Below are positions 55,086 to 63,255 of a stretch of DNA of 64,000 bases, piece after piece. Below the pieces are notes generated by a model. The model did not search any database. It was not told the origin of the DNA and saw only the letters and a program-made list of their open reading frames with translations. The stretch comes from a virus, in the IMG/VR virus record IMGVR_UViG_3300049846_002100, positions 24,942-88,941 of that record; one strand, given 5' to 3'. A program made the translations under genes and the position numbers. Each line of letters begins with the position of its first letter. The first letter of the stretch is position 1.

Positions 55086-58000
55086 TTGTTCTCCTTCATC
55101 ATACGGAGGAGTTCGCGCGTGGCGTTCCCTCCCGCCTCGTCCTTGTTGAATGACAGCGCCCCAACAGCGGCTTCTCCAAGCACCTTATCCACGAGATTCT
55201 TCTTGCTCCCGAGGAGCTGAAGCACGTGATCGTCGATGGTCTTGTCGCTCTTGTACTTGCCCTTGGGGCGCTTTGCGACGATGTGGTAAGCAACGACCGT
55301 GTCGTGGATCGAACCGATGCGGATCGGCCGACCAAGGAGCTGTACGTACGTGCCCCACGACCAGGGGGCATCGTAAAAGACGATGGCTGACGCTGCCTGA
55401 AGGTTGATCGCCTCGCTGCCTGCGTCGGTGATGAAAATGATCTTGGTGTCGGACTTCAAGTCCTGAAACGCCTGTTGGGCCTCACGACGTTTGACATCAT
55501 TCTCTTTGCCGGTGATGCGAACGCTCTTGACCCCCGCAGCGGTGAGCACCGATTGAAGGCGACCCACTAGCTTCTCGAACCGCGTGTACACGATGACCTT
55601 CTCGTCATCGAGTTCGCCCGTGATGAGGTCAACAAGGGCCTCTTCCTTCGCCCCCTTGTCCTTCACCTTCACGGACTCATCCTTGAAGAGCCCGACCGCG
55701 ATCTCCTGCCCCTCCTCAAATCGAAGGAGGTGGAGGGAATCGACGACCTGTTGGCAGTAGATGAGGGACGTGAGGGCGGCCGTCTCTTGGTACTCCTTGG
55801 TCTCCCCGTCGCCGAGTTCGAGAACACCCGAGAGGGCCTCGGCGTACTTGGTGTCCTCGCTCGGGGACATCTCGCAGACGATCTGCCGCGTGATCAACTT
55901 CGGCAGCTCACTCGAAACCATGTGCTTCTGCCGACCAAGGAAGAAGGGGTCGATGATCCTGCGGAAATGGTCGAGGTTACGGTAGCCAACCACTACGGGG
56001 ACTTTGCGTCCTCCCCCGACGGGCTGGAGTTTCACCACGCAGAACTCGTCCATGAACTTCGTCTTGGTGGCGAATATCGTCGGCTGAATGACCTTGTAGA
56101 TCGAGAACCCCTCCATGAGGTTGTTCTTCAGAAGCGTCGCGGTGAGCCCATAGCAACGCTTCGCTCGATCCGAGAGCTGGCGGCAGACCTGCCAGGTCTT
56201 CGTGCCCGTGTTCTTGAATGCGGTGCAATTGGAAACGAGTGTACCGTTGGCAAAGTAGTTGTGGTTACCATCAACCTCGATGTCATACACGAACCTCTTG
56301 TTTGTAGACCGCGGTAGCCAGGGTTCAACGGAGACTACTTGATCCTCAACGATCCCGCGAAGAGGTTCGGTTTTGAAACTTTTCACGCCCAGCACCGGAG
56401 TCCCCGCTGGCCATTTGTACTCAACGCCTGGCAAGGCCCCCGGCAAAAGAGCCAGGAACCGTTCTGCCGCCTCAGCCGGCAAGTAGATGACCGAGTAGTG
56501 CCCCTCTTTTCTCGACTTGGTTCGAAGTACACGTGCTTCTACGTCCCATCGCCAGCGCAACCAGCCTGCCAGAAGCTCGTTTTCTTCATGCGAAAACCCC
56601 TCGGTATGAAGGGTAATCGTTCGACGGACGGTCCCGTCGGTAAGTGTTTTCGTGTCGAGGCTCCCATCGTCGCTGTACCAGATGGCGAGACCAAGTGGAC
56701 CGATCTGATCAAGAAGAGAGACGCTCAACTTTCTCTTTACTCCGTCGTGTACACCCCATGACGCGAGACGGCTCGTTAGGGCTATGTTGCCGTTGAGTCT
56801 AAAGCGGCACATCCGTTGCTCACCGGACTGCAACTCTGTTTGGTAGAAGCTGATATCAGAAACCCCGAGGGGTTTTAGAAGGTCCCTCTTGAACTCAAGG
56901 TATGAGGCTTGTTTGATTGAATGCCCCATACAAATCCCCCAACAAACACGTTGCGGGTGTGAAAGACTTGCGTCGCCGAGGAGAGATCCAAGGATCACCT
57001 GAAGTTGATCATCAGAGGGTATGTCTTCAACGAACATGGCGGTCTTCTTTCCGGGCTTCAGAGTGTTCGCCCGGAAAGACTCCCCTCGTGTATTGTAGAA
57101 TACATGTGAAGGCGTAACGTTGACTACGCCAGCGAAACGAAAACCAATCTTCAGGAGGCTCTCACGCCGACTGTGGGTTAGAGGCTTGCGGAACCAATTG
57201 ACCACACGCTTTTCTTCAATAGAGCCCGTCTTCCAATTCATGGATAGGACACTCACGGGTAGCCTCTTGCTCACGATTCGCCCGATGAGTTCGGTGCTTC
57301 CGTCGGCTAATAGAATCGGGGTGTGGTAGTCAAAACACTCGTCGTACGTGACAACGAGGCGGGAGATGTTCGCGGTGATGCGATCGAGCAAACCCGGGCT
57401 GACTGGCTTCTTCGGGTCCGGCTGCCCGTTCGGCAGCAACGGACGCTCGCCGCCCACGTCCCAATCCCGCACGAGGATGGCGTAGTTCACGAGCAAGATG
57501 GCCTTGCGCGCGTTGGGTCCCGTCGGGGCCGCCGCCCATTTCTCGTACATCGCTTTGCGCTCCTCGGGCTTGCCCGAGACGACGTACGTGTCGATCCCAA
57601 CCGTGAACTTCTCAACCTCGCCGGCCCACTGGCGGAGCGCGCTCTTCGGAGTCACGACAATCGCCTTGTTGTCAGGCTCCTTCTCCCACTGGTAGCAGAG
57701 CGCCGAGAGCAGTTGCAAAGTGTTGTGATTTACGATCCCATTGCCAACGAAAGAGTGGTTTGGGTCATCGACCTCAATGTCCATCACCTCGGCCGACCCT
57801 GTCGTCACGGTCTTCACTGGATCGTAGAAGTAGCCGTGCCGAACAACTTCCTCTACGCACTTAAACTCAGCAGTTGTAACGAGCCCGTAGACAGAAGACA
57901 CTTCGAGAAGTTGCCTCAGAAATCGATACGTTGGATTGCGATGACCCAGGCATACATGGCTCAAAGTCGACTCGAAACTCCTGCCGAATTGCTTGAGTCC

Positions 58001-59314
58001 TGAACCTTTACGTAGTCCATTGGCCCCTTGCATCGAGACCATTTCTAGCAAACGACCCTTGAGACCGCGAACCAACTCGACAGCGTGTGGCACAACATCC
58101 TTGTTGGGATTGGAAGCTTCACTCAATGAGCCGGCCAGAAGTTGGCGTTTGCGCTCACTGACGAATCCGATGCTTTGCTGAAATAACCGCGCCTGATCGC
58201 CACAGAGGGTGAGGCGCCAGTATGTATGGTCGCACCCTTGAATGTGCTTAGGAGACACGCGAGCAACGAGGCCAAATCCTAGGAGGAGTAACTGAATGTC
58301 ATGAATCAAACGATTGGAAGACGAAGACAGTTCGATGTTACCGCAGTGAGGGTCCACAGACCCCTCACCTTCAAACACCCCCTGAAGGAACCCTTTGACT
58401 GACTCCCGTGTGGACTTGAAGATGACCCACGGAACTGTCTTCGTACGGGAAGTGCTAAAGTCTACCCCATGAAGTCGGAGAAATTCTCGAATTTGAACGC
58501 TGCTCACTCCAATGAGGGAGTCTTTTGACTTGGCGTTATCATTCCCCTCCCACCCAAATACAGAGCGGAACAGTCTCCGGATATCGGTATGGGAGTCAGG
58601 GTTCGTATCCACATACTGTGTTACATGGATGTGGTAACGGTCTCCAATCCAAGCCTCGGCGACAATATACCCCATCAAACGGGCAAGGTCTGGGTCCATA
58701 CGGCATGGAAGAGTGTATCTCTTCGCACTCGCGACTGATGCCACTTCCGTCGTAAGTTGGGGCTCGATGTTCGAAAAGCCTTGCGCCTTTCGGTCAATAC
58801 ACAAGAAGTCTCCCGGCTGTAGCTCTGGCAACGTGCGGAATACTTCAGCACCTTGCTTGGTCCGAACCAGCACGGGATGACTGTGGGAGCCTTCGATCGA
58901 AAAGCCGTGATGTGTCCTCACACGCAACGTAGGACGCACCCCATCCCAATAAAAACGCCGTACCGAGGCCCACCGTTCTCCCGTCCAGACTTCACATGGT
59001 TGTGTGGGCTCGTGGAACGTCTCGGGCGTGAGATCACCTTTAGGTCTTAGATCGCCAATGCATTGGTAGCCCTCACGTGTCATTAGCCGTGTCTCGGCCG
59101 TGACACACTTGCCGATCCCCGTGGCGTCCCCGAGGATCATCCGGTTCATGACGACGAGATGGTAGATGCCCTGAACCTGGTAGTACCGCAGCTTGAAAGG
59201 GACGGTCTTCCCGTCGAGGCCGACGATCTCCGTCCGAAGCATCGGCGTAGGACGCAGAGAGATGGTTGTCGACGCCCGCGCCTTCTTCAGCTTCTCGTAA
59301 GTGTCATCCGCCAT
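55082..59314 (-). CDS. SNF2-family helicase with two inteins
   Basis: LRYYQ, DATGIGK/T, QWAGE, YDE/CT, LTATLLKN, AGSEAINLQ, QLLGRPIRIG. Confidence 0.9.
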   Translation of the reverse strand: MADDTYEKLKKARASTTISLRPTPMLRTEIVGLDGKTVPFKLRYYQVQGIYHLVVMNRMILGDATGIGKCVTAETRLMTREGYQCIGDLRPKGDLTPETFHEPTQPCEVWTGERWASVRRFYWDGVRPTLRVRTHHGFSIEGSHSHPVLVRTKQGAEVFRTLPELQPGDFLCIDRKAQGFSNIEPQLTTEVASVASAKRYTLPCRMDPDLARLMGYIVAEAWIGDRYHIHVTQYVDTNPDSHTDIRRLFRSVFGWEGNDNAKSKDSLIGVSSVQIREFLRLHGVDFSTSRTKTVPWVIFKSTRESVKGFLQGVFEGEGSVDPHCGNIELSSSSNRLIHDIQLLLLGFGLVARVSPKHIQGCDHTYWRLTLCGDQARLFQQSIGFVSERKRQLLAGSLSEASNPNKDVVPHAVELVRGLKGRLLEMVSMQGANGLRKGSGLKQFGRSFESTLSHVCLGHRNPTYRFLRQLLEVSSVYGLVTTAEFKCVEEVVRHGYFYDPVKTVTTGSAEVMDIEVDDPNHSFVGNGIVNHNTLQLLSALCYQWEKEPDNKAIVVTPKSALRQWAGEVEKFTVGIDTYVVSGKPEERKAMYEKWAAAPTGPNARKAILLVNYAILVRDWDVGGERPLLPNGQPDPKKPVSPGLLDRITANISRLVVTYDECFDYHTPILLADGSTELIGRIVSKRLPVSVLSMNWKTGSIEEKRVVNWFRKPLTHSRRESLLKIGFRFAGVVNVTPSHVFYNTRGESFRANTLKPGKKTAMFVEDIPSDDQLQVILGSLLGDASLSHPQRVCWGICMGHSIKQASYLEFKRDLLKPLGVSDISFYQTELQSGEQRMCRFRLNGNIALTSRLASWGVHDGVKRKLSVSLLDQIGPLGLAIWYSDDGSLDTKTLTDGTVRRTITLHTEGFSHEENELLAGWLRWRWDVEARVLRTKSRKEGHYSVIYLPAEAAERFLALLPGALPGVEYKWPAGTPVLGVKSFKTEPLRGIVEDQVVSVEPWLPRSTNKRFVYDIEVDGNHNYFANGTLVSNCTAFKNTGTKTWQVCRQLSDRAKRCYGLTATLLKNNLMEGFSIYKVIQPTIFATKTKFMDEFCVVKLQPVGGGRKVPVVVGYRNLDHFRRIIDPFFLGRQKHMVSSELPKLITRQIVCEMSPSEDTKYAEALSGVLELGDGETKEYQETAALTSLIYCQQVVDSLHLLRFEEGQEIAVGLFKDESVKVKDKGAKEEALVDLITGELDDEKVIVYTRFEKLVGRLQSVLTAAGVKSVRITGKENDVKRREAQQAFQDLKSDTKIIFITDAGSEAINLQAASAIVFYDAPWSWGTYVQLLGRPIRIGSIHDTVVAYHIVAKRPKGKYKSDKTIDDHVLQLLGSKKNLVDKVLGEAAVGALSFNKDEAGGNATRELLRMMKENK
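56228..57337 (-). mobile_element. Intein (370 aa, ends Ser-Asn) in SNF2 motif II
   Basis: TYDE|CFDYHTPI...GTLVSN|CTAFKN; ILGSLLGDA and LAIWYSDDG. Confidence 0.9.
57722..59107 (-). mobile_element. Intein (462 aa) in the SNF2 Walker A
   Basis: GIGK|CVTAETRL...GIVNHN|TLQLL; LMGYIVAEA and FLQGVFEGEG. Confidence 0.92.
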
Positions 59315-59325
59315 GCCCGGCCCTC

Positions 59326-59331
59326 TACACC
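59326..59331 (-). promoter_or_regulatory. GGTGTA motif upstream of the SNF2 helicase
   Basis: CCGGTGTAGAG, 11 nt before ATG 59314. Confidence 0.7.
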
Positions 59332-59343
59332 GGGCGATGCGGG

Positions 59344-59808
59344 TTAGAGATCCTGAACCTTCAGAACAGTAGGCACGTACCCAACGCGCGCAGCAAACTC
59401 GTCGCTCGCATGACCGAGCGCTTGCGAGGCAGACTCATACCCCGCCTTGTAGTCCTCGCTCGCTTCGTCGATAGAATAGATACCAGCCGCCCCGTCACGG
59501 AAACCACGCAGGAAGTGGTAGTAGCGTGTTCTCGGGCCGCTGCCGCCCTTTGGACGCACCATCGAGTGCGGGGGCCCCTCCGGCGCGGACAGCTCGCGAG
59601 CTGTTGTTTGAACGGCTGTTGCTGGCTTGCGCGGGGCTTTATTCCGGGTGGGCTTCACGTCTTCAACCTCCGTAGGACGAGGACCCGAACCGCCTGAGAC
59701 AAGCCAAGCCATTTGCGGCTCTGGTTTCACCGGCCGTTGGACCACGTACATGTCTTGAGGACGAGGCGCTTTCACAAGCGCTTTCGTCGCTTTGGCGTTC
59801 GATTGCAC
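59344..59808 (-). CDS. Hypothetical protein
   Basis: 154 aa; FLRGFRDG...YKAGY motif. Confidence 0.55.
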   Translation of the reverse strand: MQSNAKATKALVKAPRPQDMYVVQRPVKPEPQMAWLVSGGSGPRPTEVEDVKPTRNKAPRKPATAVQTTARELSAPEGPPHSMVRPKGGSGPRTRYYHFLRGFRDGAAGIYSIDEASEDYKAGYESASQALGHASDEFAARVGYVPTVLKVQDL

Positions 59809-59918
59809 TCCAGCCAGCTAGCATAGGCGGTCCCGAATCTCTACAAAAGCACAGACGACACGGCACGCCACCCTCGATAACCCTTCGATGAAATCGGCTC
59901 CATAGGAGATAGGATCGT

Positions 59919-60449
59919 ATGGCAACGCATCAAGACCCTGAGACCAATCTGACCCTCACCGAGGTCCCTCGCGAACGAGCTTCGACGGTTTTTTCGACGT
60001 ACACGGAATTGGAGCGTGCCGCTGCGTACTACCGTGAGATGGGCTGTGACGTACTACAGGCCGACAGCCCTCTTGAGGGTTCGGTTGGGTACTTCGTCTT
60101 CATGCGGCCCACAGACAAAGTGCGTGTTCACCTAGAGTGGTTCCCGTTCGGACGTGTCGCTGAAGCTCACGTGGAGACGATCCGCAACTATGACGCCGCC
60201 CGAGGCACGTGCAGCGCTGACGCGATCCTTGCGGGACTGCTTCGTTTGACGAGCAAGCACATCTTCAAAGCGGACAACCCCCGTACACGTGAGATCGGCT
60301 TCGTCTACTACGAAGGCGGAGACGCTCACTGCGTCCGCTTCTCGTTGACCTCGATCAAAGGCGCTGGTGCTTTGAAGGTCGACGGGGTGCCCTTCATCGA
60401 CTGGAGAAATTCGGTCCCGGACCTTCGATCCGCTGCTACAACGCTTTAA
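59919..60449 (+). CDS. Hypothetical protein
   Basis: 176 aa; AGGAG SD. Confidence 0.6.
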   Translation: MATHQDPETNLTLTEVPRERASTVFSTYTELERAAAYYREMGCDVLQADSPLEGSVGYFVFMRPTDKVRVHLEWFPFGRVAEAHVETIRNYDAARGTCSADAILAGLLRLTSKHIFKADNPRTREIGFVYYEGGDAHCVRFSLTSIKGAGALKVDGVPFIDWRNSVPDLRSAATTL

Positions 60450-60646
60450 AGCACTTCAGGGCGGCGAGCCCACGCCTCTCGGGCGACCGTGGCGAAGCTT
60501 TCCGCCCCGTCCTTCAGCAGACTTTCACCGTCTGCGAACTGCGCGATGGCCTCAAGAGCAGCGTTGACGGCATCTCTCGGATGACACTCCGAGTTGAGCA
60601 GCGCTGCTTGAACGGCGTCGAACACGGCCGTGCGGAGATGGCTCAT
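60446..60646 (-). CDS. Small helical protein, paralog of 60643-60915
   Basis: ATGA overlap; aligns by eye to its upstream neighbour. Confidence 0.65.
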   Translation of the reverse strand: MSHLRTAVFDAVQAALLNSECHPRDAVNAALEAIAQFADGESLLKDGAESFATVAREAWARRPEVL

Positions 60647-60915
60647 TCGTCATCCTCCTCATCATCGCCCTCATCATCGCCCTCATCATCGCCCTCATCC
60701 TCATCATCGTTTCCGCCCGACGTTTGCTCGCGGAACGCCTCCTCCGCGAGGTCGGCGAAGGCCGCAGCAGACGAAACAACCCCCTCTTCGACGGCGAAGT
60801 GGGTCAGTGCACGGAGCGCGATCTTCAGATTGTCTGCCTCGGAGAGGTTCGAATCGTAGACAGCGTTCACCACTTCGTCGAAGACATACTGCTCATCTTC
60901 ATCCATGTGCCTCAC
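60643..60915 (-). CDS. Small highly acidic protein with a D/E tail
   Basis: Downstream of infA; (DEGD)n tail; the start may be ATG 60906. Confidence 0.7.
   Translation of the reverse strand: MRHMDEDEQYVFDEVVNAVYDSNLSEADNLKIALRALTHFAVEEGVVSSAAAFADLAEEAFREQTSGGNDDEDEGDDEGDDEGDDEEDDE
60659..60694. repeat. 3 x 12-bp tandem repeat (TCATCATCGCCC) encoding the acidic tail
   Basis: Seen directly. Confidence 0.9.
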
Positions 60916-61151
60916 CGTGCCCTATATGTGGTTCGTCCGCGCGAGGGATCGTAGGCGCTGACCTCAACCGTAATGCGATCGCTAGGGAGGATACGGATGT
61001 AGAACTGCCGCATCTTGCCAGCGATCGTAGCGAGCACGGTCAGACCGTTATCACACTTCACCTTGAACATCGTGCTGGGAAACGCTTCCTGCACGACCCC
61101 TTGAAGCTCCAGTGTGTCGCCCTTTGGGGCTTTTTCTCTGTTCGGTCGCAT
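60912..61151 (-). CDS. infA: Translation initiation factor IF-1
   Basis: [18 protein letters not shown]...[35 protein letters not shown]. Confidence 0.95.
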   Translation of the reverse strand: MRPNREKAPKGDTLELQGVVQEAFPSTMFKVKCDNGLTVLATIAGKMRQFYIRILPSDRITVEVSAYDPSRGRTTYRAR

Positions 61152-61174
61152 CCAACCTCCGTAGCCGGCTCCTT

Positions 61175-61194
61175 TACACCGTCAGCGTGGTGTA
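61175..61194. promoter_or_regulatory. Divergent pair of GGTGTA motifs
   Basis: TACACC-GTCAGCGT-GGTGTA between infA (-) and 61217 (+). Confidence 0.75.
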
Positions 61195-61216
61195 GAGAAA
61201 CACGAAGGTACGGTGC

Positions 61217-61525
61217 ATGGTCAAAGTTGTTCGCGCGAGCATCAAGGTCGAACACGACGCTTGGATCGAGGTCATCAAACGGGTGCTCGCGGGCGAGGAA
61301 CCGTTCGCAGTTGTGTCTGCGGCGCTAGGGATCCCGTCTGAAGTTTTCCAGTGGCTTGACCTTGATGACCGTGAGACGCTCGTTCGTCTAAGCGGTGCGG
61401 TGCAAGCGTTGCGAGACTTCGACGAGGGCGTGGCACCCCACCTGGTGGTAGAGGAAGCCTCAAAGAGGCGAGTCGACCTCGTTGACAGAATGGACAAACT
61501 GGTTCGTGTGTTGATGCGCCCGTGA
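61217..61525 (+). CDS. Small HTH-like protein
   Basis: FAVVSAALGIPSEVFQWL. Confidence 0.5.
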   Translation: MVKVVRASIKVEHDAWIEVIKRVLAGEEPFAVVSAALGIPSEVFQWLDLDDRETLVRLSGAVQALRDFDEGVAPHLVVEEASKRRVDLVDRMDKLVRVLMRP

Positions 61526-61549
61526 TGCGCGAAAAGGAGTGCGTGTTCC

Positions 61550-62269
61550 ATGTACGACACTGATGCGATTCAATCGTCGGACCTCACGTACGTGAGGAAG
61601 GTCTACCTGTGGTTCTTCGTGGGAGTCCTCGCCGCTGCTGTCGCAGCGTGGACCTCGATCAATCTCGGGCTCCCCGAGACGATCATGGTTAGCGGTCAAC
61701 CGACGGCAGTGCCTCCTCTCGTCGCCCGCGTCCTCGAACACCCGGTCATCACGATCCTCACCGCTCTCGGGCTCACGTTCATCGCGGGCCTCTTCCGAAA
61801 GACCCCGCCGATCAACGCCATCGCGTACTTCACACTCACCCCGCTGCTCGGGTTGATTATGGGGCCGAGCATTTGGGCCGCTGAGGTCATGGCGCACCGA
61901 GACCAGACGTTATCGGGGCATCCGGTTCGCGACGCGTTGTTTCTCACGGTCGCAGCATTCGGATCGCTGACGGGCTACGTCTTCGTGTCCAAGAAGGACT
62001 TCTTCGCGTGGGGCGGCTTCCTCATGAGCGGGCTGTGGGTCCTGATCGTGGCCAGTATTCTCGGCATCTTCATCGGGTCGAGCGTGCTCGATCTCGCGCT
62101 GGCCAGTGTAGAAGTCATTCTGTTCCTCGGGTTCGTGCTCTATGACACCTCGAAGATCCTCCGGGGACCGCAGGATGATGCGATTGGCGACGCGCTAAAC
62201 CTCTTCCTCGACGCGGCCAACCTATTTCTCGATATCCTGCGTATCCTCACCGCAACGAAGAAGGACTGA
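61550..62269 (+). CDS. Bax inhibitor-1 / YccA-family membrane protein
   Basis: About 7 hydrophobic segments; YVRKVY, KKDF, VLYDTSKI, ALNLFLD..NLFL.ILRIL. Confidence 0.9.
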   Translation: MYDTDAIQSSDLTYVRKVYLWFFVGVLAAAVAAWTSINLGLPETIMVSGQPTAVPPLVARVLEHPVITILTALGLTFIAGLFRKTPPINAIAYFTLTPLLGLIMGPSIWAAEVMAHRDQTLSGHPVRDALFLTVAAFGSLTGYVFVSKKDFFAWGGFLMSGLWVLIVASILGIFIGSSVLDLALASVEVILFLGFVLYDTSKILRGPQDDAIGDALNLFLDAANLFLDILRILTATKKD

Positions 62270-62270
62270 G

Positions 62271-62693
62271 TCAGAGGCCGAGCGTCTTGAACAACGCTTG
62301 GTTGTAGATCCCAAACGAGCACTCGGGCCACGCGATCCTCTCGCGCGGCACCCACCCCACCCATGTCCCATCCCTCACGAACGGGAACGACTCCGCAGGC
62401 CACTTCCGGACCGCCGTCACCTGGAATGTGCACGAGTAGAGCCCGCCAGGCGGACACGGCCGGTGAAACACGGGCACCGTACCCGCCTCGATACCCGTCT
62501 CCTCAAGCAACTCACGGAGAACGGTCCCCACAAGCGACTTGTCGGACGGCTCCAGCTTGCCGCCCGCGAGGCCAAGGTCCGCGTAGTTGCCCCGTCGAGA
62601 GACGGCCGGCACGTGACTGAGGTCTGCGCTGATCAGGATCGCACAAGCCGTGTACGGCTCCGGCGCCCCGGCAAGATCCAGGAGTGTCCCCAT
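62271..62693 (-). CDS. Nudix hydrolase
   Basis: LAGGKLEPSD....TVLRELLEETGI Nudix box. Confidence 0.85.
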   Translation of the reverse strand: MGTLLDLAGAPEPYTACAILISADLSHVPAVSRRGNYADLGLAGGKLEPSDKSLVGTVLRELLEETGIEAGTVPVFHRPCPPGGLYSCTFQVTAVRKWPAESFPFVRDGTWVGWVPRERIAWPECSFGIYNQALFKTLGL

Positions 62694-62792
62694 AAGGGGC
62701 TAAGTGCTTGAAATCAGAAGAGTAAAACTGGCTTGCCGCGCTCTTGGGGTCGTTCATTCCCGTCATCTACACCGTGTGTAGATCAGCAAAGG

Positions 62793-63223
62793 CTACCCTT
62801 GGACTCTTTGCTGGTGCCACGAGGCCGGCCGGAGAACTTGCCCGTTCGACACCTTAAGTCGATCCGCCCACACCTTGGCTTGGTGCTTCAAGAGGGACTC
62901 GACTTCCTCCCAAGTCTCGTACGTTCAATAGATACAGTTGAGAGCCGTGTTTTGGACCTTCCACTTGCCAGGTATGTTTTTGACGGGCGCTACCTGTAGG
63001 ATGCCAATCGTCGTCTCGGGAGGACTTGCGCGCATGTCGCTCGGGTGGCCAGGCGATCGACCTCTTCATGGTGATTGAAGTTCACGCGAGGGTCCTTCGG
63101 ATCGAAGCGCGGCCCAACACCAACATACCCGTCGAGCGCAATCGAGTAGGATGGTGACTCTTGGCAAAAAGTCTCCCAACTACTTGGCGGACGCGACGGT
63201 TCCATATGCAGTTGAACTGTCAT
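62793..63223 (-). pseudogene. Chimeric remnant: truncated DHH-like gene joined to an unrelated broken ORF
   Basis: IALDGYV...NFNHHEEVDRLATRATCAQV stops after 77 aa. Another frame (ETTIGILQVAPVKNIPGKWKV...IY*TYETWEEV) has a TGA at 62925 and ends at TAG 62793. Confidence 0.5.
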
Positions 63224-63255
63224 GCCGAGATTCTAACCCCGCACCCCCGCAAACG

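Noticed and set aside
60659-60694. CRISPR-like repeat
   Set aside because: 12-bp contiguous units without spacers, encoding an acidic protein tail.
17878-62927. Stop-codon reassignment suggested by in-frame stops (TGA 17878, TAG 30649, TGA 62925)
   Set aside because: Both stop types are involved, they occur only in endonuclease or remnant genes (one also frameshifted), and TGA and TAG end many intact genes with normal overlaps. Pseudogenisation explains them better.
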